A stretch of DNA of 64,000 bases from Thalassobaculaceae bacterium (GTDB taxonomy: Bacteria > Pseudomonadota > Alphaproteobacteria > Thalassobaculales > Thalassobaculaceae), in NCBI GenBank assembly GCA_965243345.1, contig CBDEUR010000003.1, forward strand, positions 3,987,607 to 4,051,606, in the 5' to 3' direction. The notes under the pieces are model-generated. The model saw only the letters and a program-made list of their open reading frames with translations, made no database searches and was not told the DNA's origin. Position 1 is the stretch's first letter. The number at the start of each line of letters is the position of its first letter. The translations under genes and the position numbers were made by a program. Of the stretch, positions 58,688 through 64,000 are shown in pieces.

Positions 58688-59004
58688 CGTCTTAATTTGC
58701 TCTTTTTTATCGATTTCTTGTCCGTCTTTAGTTCAAGCAAGCACAAGTGTTTCTTGCTTTTCTTTTCAAAAAACACGGCAAAGTCAACATTTGTGGATTG
58801 GTCATTTCCCGAAGGATTAAACAATTTCTTGTGCAAAGGAAATTCGGGAATCACCTTACAATTTTCGGGACGCACCCCAAACTTCGCTCCGACAACAGTC
58901 GGTAACAGCATGCCGAATAAAACGTCAACCCGTCTCTCTAGTTGGTATGCGGGGAGATGCCGCCAGTCGTCAAGCTGACCTAAAATCCTCGATAGTATGT
59001 CCAT
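58684..59004 (-). CDS. mini PD-(D/E)XK nuclease-like protein (106 aa)
   Basis: Strong SD AGGAG (59012-59016) lies 7 nt before the ATG. Motif set: E23 (YQLERR), D74 (VDFAVFF), E91-L-K93 (CLLELK). AT-rich codon usage, foreign to this genome. Confidence 0.6.
   Translation of the reverse strand: MDILSRILGQLDDWRHLPAYQLERRVDVLFGMLLPTVVGAKFGVRPENCKVIPEFPLHKKLFNPSGNDQSTNVDFAVFFEKKSKKHLCLLELKTDKKSIKKSKLRR
58702..58708 (-). other. A_AAA_AAG -1 slippery heptamer in the zero frame of the 106-aa ORF
   Basis: The coding strand reads ATA AAA AAG AGC. A -1 slip continues as GAG CAA ATT AAG ACG ATG..., which is the frame of the 153-aa ORF. Confidence 0.55.
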
Positions 59005-59243
59005 TTTCTGGCTCCTACATTTCTTGTCACTATTCGAGAACCAGTGGTCCGATGGCTACACTGATCTCCGCAGCAAGCCAGCGCAAGTCCCTCTTGTCCG
59101 GGCAATCACCGACCACGGCCGGAAAGCCACCAGTCATCCGGAACAGACACCGTTCAGGGGGCAGTTACGGCGCCTTTGCCTGCCGACAAACTGTCCCGCA
59201 TCTGAACAACCCGGCCGGAACACCACGAGCTGCTGCTACCCGT

Positions 59244-60272
59244 TCATCGACCGTTTGCCAATTCTGGGGCAGCGTCGGGCAGTCCCGGACGCCTTGCGGA
59301 TCCGTCATCGCGGCTGCCGGGAAACCGGGCCCCGAACCGGGTGATGATCTCTCCGGCCGCGGCACTGGCAATCTCTCCGCAGCGGCCGAGCCGTTCACCG
59401 TTGACCAGTCCGAACAGGAAGCCGGCCGCGTATATGTCCCCGGCTCCGGTGGAATCGACCACGGGACCGGCGGGCAGCGCAGGGACCTGGTGGCGTTCAC
59501 CCGGTCCGATCACTACCGATCCGTGTGCGCCCCTGGTCACCGCCAGGAGATCGCAGTCGCCGACGACGGCCGCGATCGCGTTCTCGAGGTCATCAACCCG
59601 GCAGAGCGCGCGAAGTTCGTCCTCGTTGCAGAACAGGATGTCGACGTGGTCCGCGAGGAGGCGGAGAATGTCGTCCCGGTGCCGCTCGACGCAGTATGGG
59701 TCCGACAGCGTCAACGCGACACGGGTACCGGCCTCCCTTGCCACCGCCGCGGCGGCCTTCAGGGCCTGGCGTCCGCCCGGAGGGTCCCAGAGGTAGCCCT
59801 CCAGGTAGATGACGGCGCTGTCGGCAATGAGAACCGGGTCAATGTCTGCGGCATCAAGTTCGGTACACGCGCCGAGGTAGGTGTTCATGGACCGCTGGGC
59901 ATCGGGCGTCACCAGGACCATGCAGCAGGCCGAATCCAGTCCGGCCGTTGACGGCGGCGTCTCGTACCGGACCCCGACCCGGGCGATGTCGGCACGGAAC
60001 ACGCTGCCCAGGTGATCGTTGCGGACCTTGCCGACGAACGCCGCGCGTCCGCCCATGGCGGCGAGGCCGGTGGCGGTATTGGCCGCCGACCCTCCGGACA
60101 CCTCGAGCCCCGGTCCCAGTAGCCGGTAGAGTTCCCGGGCGCGGTCGGCATCGATGAGCTGCATGGCTCCCTTGGTGATCGAATGCTCCTGAAGGAATGC
60201 ATCGTCGACCCGCGAGACCACGTCGACGATCGCGTTGCCGATGCAGGTGACATCGATGGTGCGTGTCCGCAT
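59244..60272 (-). CDS. PfkB-family carbohydrate kinase (adenosine kinase-like)
   Basis: CIGNAIVDV..., GGSAANTA, and the C-terminal TGAGDIYAAGFLFG. I chose the start at MRTRTIDV; the ORF stays open to 60512. Confidence 0.8.
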   Translation of the reverse strand: MRTRTIDVTCIGNAIVDVVSRVDDAFLQEHSITKGAMQLIDADRARELYRLLGPGLEVSGGSAANTATGLAAMGGRAAFVGKVRNDHLGSVFRADIARVGVRYETPPSTAGLDSACCMVLVTPDAQRSMNTYLGACTELDAADIDPVLIADSAVIYLEGYLWDPPGGRQALKAAAAVAREAGTRVALTLSDPYCVERHRDDILRLLADHVDILFCNEDELRALCRVDDLENAIAAVVGDCDLLAVTRGAHGSVVIGPGERHQVPALPAGPVVDSTGAGDIYAAGFLFGLVNGERLGRCGEIASAAAGEIITRFGARFPGSRDDGSARRPGLPDAAPELANGR

Positions 60273-60418
60273 GGGTCTCCCCGGGTATCTCAGCCGCGAG
60301 AGGCGGCCGCTCCAGCGGCGTTTATAGACCAACTTGGCGGCGTGCGGGCGCCGGGGCTTGCCTTGTCGGGTGCGAGGCCCGACAACAGGGGTGCGTGGTC
60401 TCGGGATGGAGTGATGAC

Positions 60419-61102
60419 ATGGTCGAATCCCTGCGACGGGCGTTCGCGCAGCTGCCGGACCCGGTGCTGCGCCGGGCCCTGGTCGGGAGTGTCCTCGGTG
60501 CGTGTCTTGCAACCGTGCTCGCGGTCGTTCTCAGCTGGTGGGTGGTTGCAAGCTTCGGCATGTTCGGAAACGGGATCGCCGATACCGTCGTGGCCGCGGG
60601 TGGGGCGGTCCTGGTGCTGATCGGAGCGCTGATCTTCTTTCCCTCGACCGTCATGGTCGTGGCCGGGTTCTTCCTTGATTCGGTTGCCGACGCCGTCGAT
60701 GCCCGGTACTGGCCGAACGCCGCGCCCCCGCGCCAGCGGGGACTGCGCGAGGTCATGGTTGCCGGACTGTCGCTGCTGGCCATTTCGCTGACGATGAACC
60801 TGATCCTCCTGCCGGTCTATGCCTTCGCGCTGTTCATTCCGGGCCTGGGCCTGGTGCTGTTCTATTGCCTGAACGGTTACCTGTTCGGGCGCGAGTTCTT
60901 CGATGCAGTCGCAACCCGCAGCCTCGAACCGGCTGACGCCCGCGCGATGCGACGGCGTTACCGGGGCCGGATCCTGCTTGCCGGAGTGATCATCACGGTG
61001 CTCACCACCGTTCCGATTCTCAACCTCGCGGCACCGATCCTTGCAACCGCGTTCATGACCAACCTGTTTCGGGGACTGGATATCTCTGCACGGACAGAGT
61101 AG
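60419..61102 (+). CDS. EI24/CysZ-like membrane protein
   Basis: 227 aa from MVESLRRAF, with four or more TM helices. The block LNGYLFGREFFD matches what I remember of this family. Confidence 0.55.
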   Translation: MVESLRRAFAQLPDPVLRRALVGSVLGACLATVLAVVLSWWVVASFGMFGNGIADTVVAAGGAVLVLIGALIFFPSTVMVVAGFFLDSVADAVDARYWPNAAPPRQRGLREVMVAGLSLLAISLTMNLILLPVYAFALFIPGLGLVLFYCLNGYLFGREFFDAVATRSLEPADARAMRRRYRGRILLAGVIITVLTTVPILNLAAPILATAFMTNLFRGLDISARTE

Positions 61103-61161
61103 ATTGCGGGTGCTTCCAAGTACCCGGATTCTCCGGCGGTGAGCTTCACTTTGACGAGAAG

Positions 61162-61770
61162 GTGACCGGGATGGCTTCGTTTCTCCGCAGGCCCCAGACC
61201 CAGGACAACACCGGGGGTGACGACAGGGACCGCACGGATGCCCTGTCGCAGCCGCGCAATGCGGGACGCACTCCGGAAGGACGGTCCTCCACTCCTCCGG
61301 TTCCGGGATTTATCGCGCCTGCGGAAGCGCGCGAAGGGGCAGGCCTGCGCCAGGGCTCGGGTGCGAATGAAACCGCGCGACGGGGATCCGACATCGCCCC
61401 GCGGCGCCCGCTGGAGCCCACGCCCCGCGGGAACCTCCAGAGCCGGGCGCTGACGATCGGTAGCCAGATAACCATGCAGGGCACCATTACCGACTGCGAC
61501 GTACTGGTCGTCGAAGGGACGGCCGAGGCTACGCTGGAGAACAGCAAGAGCCTCGAGGTGACCGAGAGCGGCGTGTTCCGGGGCACCATTACCATTGACG
61601 AGGCGACCATCGCCGGCGTGATGGAGGGCGAGCTCACGGTTCGCGAGAGGCTGAAGGTCCGGCCGACCGGACGGATCAGGGGAACCGTGAAGTGCAGCAA
61701 GCTCGAGGTCGAGTTCGGCGGCGAGATCGAAGGCCAGATCCAGGTGCTGCGGGACGGCCAGGGGGGATAG
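61162..61770 (+). CDS. bactofilin (polymer-forming cytoskeletal protein)
   Basis: A disordered Pro/Arg-rich N-terminus, then beta-helical repeats (ITMQGTITDCDVLVVEGTAEATL...FRGTITIDEATIAGVMEGELTV...GTVKCSKLEVEFGGEIEG). Confidence 0.8.
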   Translation: MTGMASFLRRPQTQDNTGGDDRDRTDALSQPRNAGRTPEGRSSTPPVPGFIAPAEAREGAGLRQGSGANETARRGSDIAPRRPLEPTPRGNLQSRALTIGSQITMQGTITDCDVLVVEGTAEATLENSKSLEVTESGVFRGTITIDEATIAGVMEGELTVRERLKVRPTGRIRGTVKCSKLEVEFGGEIEGQIQVLRDGQGG

Positions 61771-61801
61771 GCGACCCGGCACGATCGACCCCGCGAACGC
61801 G

Positions 61802-62326
61802 ATGGAATCGGCACCGGCCGGACACCTGTTCCGGGCGGTGGCCATCGCCCTGCTGGTCGGCGGCCTTTCGGCATGCCGGTTCGACCCGGAACTCGGTTTC
61901 GTGCTCGCGGAACCGGCGGTCGAGCAGCAGCAGGCGGCGCTCAGCACGGGTCAGAACGAACCAGCGGCGGATTCCCCTGCAGCCGCGTCCTCTCCCGTCG
62001 TGGCCGTGACGCTCGGCCCGCGCTGGCCGCTGGAGCGGACCGGGGAGGAAATCAGGCAGGTCCTCGGCAATCCGTTGTTCGTGCGCGACGACGCCCTGGC
62101 GCAGCTGTGGCGATATCGCACACAGGACTGCATCCTGAACCTGTTCCTGTTCCCGGACGCGGAACAGGTGCGTGCGACCCACGCCATGTACCTGCGTCCG
62201 TCGCTCGAACCGCTCCCGAACCGCGGCGCCAGGAACCGGTGCCTGTCGGATCTGGTGCGCCAGGCCCCTGACGATGCCGGGACCCCTCCCGATCAGCCCA
62301 CCGCCGGCGACTTGTCGGTGAACTGA
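61802..62326 (+). CDS. hypothetical lipoprotein
   Basis: Signal peptide with the lipobox LVGGLSAC. No other domain recognised. Confidence 0.5.
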   Translation: MESAPAGHLFRAVAIALLVGGLSACRFDPELGFVLAEPAVEQQQAALSTGQNEPAADSPAAASSPVVAVTLGPRWPLERTGEEIRQVLGNPLFVRDDALAQLWRYRTQDCILNLFLFPDAEQVRATHAMYLRPSLEPLPNRGARNRCLSDLVRQAPDDAGTPPDQPTAGDLSVN

Positions 62327-62934
62327 CACAGGTCGTGCACGGGGCACGACGGGCACGAGGGCTTCCGCGCCTTGCACAGGTATCGCCCGTGCAGGATCAG
62401 CCAGTGATGCGCATGGAGCTTCCATCGGTCCGGTACCCTGCGGTCCAGTCCGCGTTCCACCGCAAGCGGTGTGGCGCCGGCGGCAAGCCCGGTGCGGTTG
62501 GCGACCCGGAAGATGTGGGTATCAACGGCGATGACCGGCTCGCCGAAAGCGATGTTCATGACCACGTTCGCGGTCTTGCGTCCGACCCCGGGGAGGGCTT
62601 CAAGCGCCTCGCGGTCATTGGGTACCTGGCTGGAATGGTGTTCGATCAGCGCTTCGGACAGTGCGATCACGTTTTTTGCCTTGGCGTTGAAGAGCCCGAT
62701 GGTGCGGATGTGATTCTTCAGTCTCTCCTCGCCGAGCGCCACCATTGCCTCCGGTGTCGTGACCTCGCGGAACAATTCCCGGGTGGCCCGGTTGACACCG
62801 ACATCCGTAGCCTGGGCGGACAGCACCACCGCGACCAGCAAGGTGTAGGTATTGACCGAGTCGAGCTCGCCCCGGGGCTCGGGCATCTGTTCGGCCAGCC
62901 GTGCGAAGAAGCTGTCGATTTCAGTGGATCTCAT
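62293..62934 (-). CDS. nth: endonuclease III
   Basis: HhH-GPD (LPGVGRKTANVV), catalytic Lys/Asp context, and the 4Fe-4S C-x6-C-x2-C-x5-C motif (CKARKPSCPSCPVHDLC). The ORF stays open to 62979. Confidence 0.9.
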   Translation of the reverse strand: MRSTEIDSFFARLAEQMPEPRGELDSVNTYTLLVAVVLSAQATDVGVNRATRELFREVTTPEAMVALGEERLKNHIRTIGLFNAKAKNVIALSEALIEHHSSQVPNDREALEALPGVGRKTANVVMNIAFGEPVIAVDTHIFRVANRTGLAAGATPLAVERGLDRRVPDRWKLHAHHWLILHGRYLCKARKPSCPSCPVHDLCQFTDKSPAVG

Positions 62935-62993
62935 CCGCCGCGCGCTGAGCCGGCGCCCTTTACCGCTTCCAGAGGCCATACTATCGTTCCCCG

Positions 62994-63500
62994 ATGAACG
63001 GGCAGTCCGACAGCGAGGCGGCGAGCGAACCGGTGCTGTTCGACCGGGTGCTGCTGCCGCACCGCAGCCTGTCGCGGGCCGGCATGACGGTCCTGATCAC
63101 GGTCCTGGTCGGGGCCAGTGCGGCCATCGGGACCGGATTTGCGCTGATGGGCGCGTGGCCGGTGATCGGGTTCTGCGGTCTCGACATTCTCGTTATCTGC
63201 CTGGCTCTCAGATGGAGCGTGCTCTCGGCACGGCGGTCGGAACATATCAGGCTGACGCGACGCTCGCTCGAGATCCGTGCAAGCGACGGACGCGGCCCTG
63301 CGCGCCACACCGTCATGCACCCGTACTGGACCCGGGTCGAGTTCATCGCCCGGCGCCGTGCCCGGCTGTTGCTGCGCTCGCACGGTCGCTCGCTCGAACT
63401 CGGGAGTTTCCTCGCCTTCGCCGACAAGGAGGAGGTCGCCCGCTCGCTCGCCGGGGCGTTGCGCCAGGTTCGCGTGGTTCCATCCGCTACCGCCCGCTGA
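62994..63500 (+). CDS. DUF2244-like integral membrane protein
   Basis: 168 aa. A two-TM hairpin (MTVLITVLVGASAAIGTGFALMGAWPVIGFCGLDILVICLAL) is followed by a soluble tail. Family recalled from memory. Confidence 0.55.
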   Translation: MNGQSDSEAASEPVLFDRVLLPHRSLSRAGMTVLITVLVGASAAIGTGFALMGAWPVIGFCGLDILVICLALRWSVLSARRSEHIRLTRRSLEIRASDGRGPARHTVMHPYWTRVEFIARRRARLLLRSHGRSLELGSFLAFADKEEVARSLAGALRQVRVVPSATAR

Positions 63501-64000
63501 GGCCGAGCACGTCGATCATGCTGTAACGCCCGGCGGGCCGACCGAACGCCCACCGGGCCGCTGTGACGGCGCCGGCGGCGTAGATGTGCCGCCCCGCCGC
63601 CCTGTGCGCGATTTCCACCCGCTCGCCGGCGCCGGCGAAGATGACGGTGTGCTCTCCGACCACGTCTCCGCCGCGCAGCGCCGCAAATCCGATGTCACCG
63701 CGCCGGCGAGGGTCGGTACGGCCCTCGCGCGACAGCACGGCGGCACCCTCGAACCCGATCCCGCGTCCCCGGGCCGCGGCCTGGCCGAGCCCGAGGGCGG
63801 TGCCCGACGGGGCGTCGACCTTGCGGTTGTGGTGCATCTCCACGATCTCGATATCGAAGCTGTCATCAAGTGCGCCGGCGACCTGCTCGGCGAGCACGAA
63901 CAACAGGTTGACGCCGAGGCTCATGTTGGGGGCGAAGACCACCGGCGCGTGTGCGGCGGCTGCATCGAGCGCGGCTTCCTGTCCGGACTCCAGCCCGGTC
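63487..64000 (-). CDS. dapB: 4-hydroxy-tetrahydrodipicolinate reductase (5' end outside window)
   Basis: APNMSLGVNLL...EIVEMHHNRKVDAPSGTAL...HRA..R..YA.GA are DapB blocks. The frame is open to the window edge. Confidence 0.9.
   Translation of the reverse strand, partial: TGLESGQEAALDAAAAHAPVVFAPNMSLGVNLLFVLAEQVAGALDDSFDIEIVEMHHNRKVDAPSGTALGLGQAAARGRGIGFEGAAVLSREGRTDPRRRGDIGFAALRGGDVVGEHTVIFAGAGERVEIAHRAAGRHIYAAGAVTAARWAFGRPAGRYSMIDVLGLSGR

Noticed and set aside
58191-59088. A 9/10 inverted decamer (acttgcgatg at 58191-58200 versus the reverse complement of cagcgcaagt at 59079-59088). It brackets the AT-rich islet and could be IS-like terminal inverted repeats.
   Set aside because: The match does not extend in either direction. 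A 9/10 decamer between two ~100-bp flanks is roughly a 1-in-3 chance event by my estimate. I mention it only as a caveat under the islet finding.

Overview
A 64-kb, very GC-rich chromosomal segment. Hand-counted lines in typical genes run about 65-72% GC. The gene content looks alphaproteobacterial, which is inference: groESL with a sigma32-like promoter plus CIRCE, bactofilin, DUF2244, and many ABC, SDR and amidase paralogues.

I support about 60 protein genes and one tRNA-Ser(GCU). I found no rRNA, no CRISPR array and no intact DDE transposase or integrase.

Main content, left to right:
- mtnA (partial) and an aminotransferase.
- An RNA-modification gene string (TrmH-family, RluB-like, rsmD) and nudC.
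- An orphan P-loop ATPase.
- An orphan peptide-type ABC binding protein.
- An FAD oxidoreductase next to a tandemly duplicated CmcJ/NvfI-like oxygenase gene.
- groES-groEL, a TerB-like gene and an amidase.
- A reduced-GC islet carrying hipBA.
- A GMC oxidoreductase and a hydroxyacid dehydrogenase.
- A six-gene Liv-type ABC operon led by an acyl-CoA ligase.
- An MFS-amidase-enolase operon, an AroE-like gene and an IclR regulator.
- A GldA/F/G-like ABC-2 exporter with a DUF4340 gene and tadA.
- A MetF-like / MtrH-like / RACo-like C1-corrinoid module.
- An acyl-CoA ligase, an SDR and a dehalogenase-like hydrolase.
- An Rpn-family nuclease.
- An adenosine kinase, bactofilin, nth and dapB (partial).

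The best candidate for something undescribed is a strongly AT-rich ~0.9-kb islet at 58.2-59.1 kb, beside the Rpn gene. It encodes a 106-aa protein with a complete PD-(D/E)XK motif set, followed by a 153-aa Cys-rich ORF in the -1 frame. A canonical A_AAA_AAG slippery heptamer lies in the zero frame just before the first ORF's stop, which is the recoding layout of IS1, IS3 and dnaX.

Other notable items:
- A mosaic-divergence tandem duplication with a CCGG-microhomology deletion.
- A hipBA promoter overlapped by a TGTCC-N8-GGACA palindrome.
- A corrinoid-activation module with no corrinoid protein in the window.
- An orphan STAND/ORC-like ATPase followed by 0.5 kb of unexplained DNA.
- A short relic of an enolase-superfamily gene in a 520-bp intergenic region.

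All family assignments come from motif and sequence recognition by eye. No database search was run.
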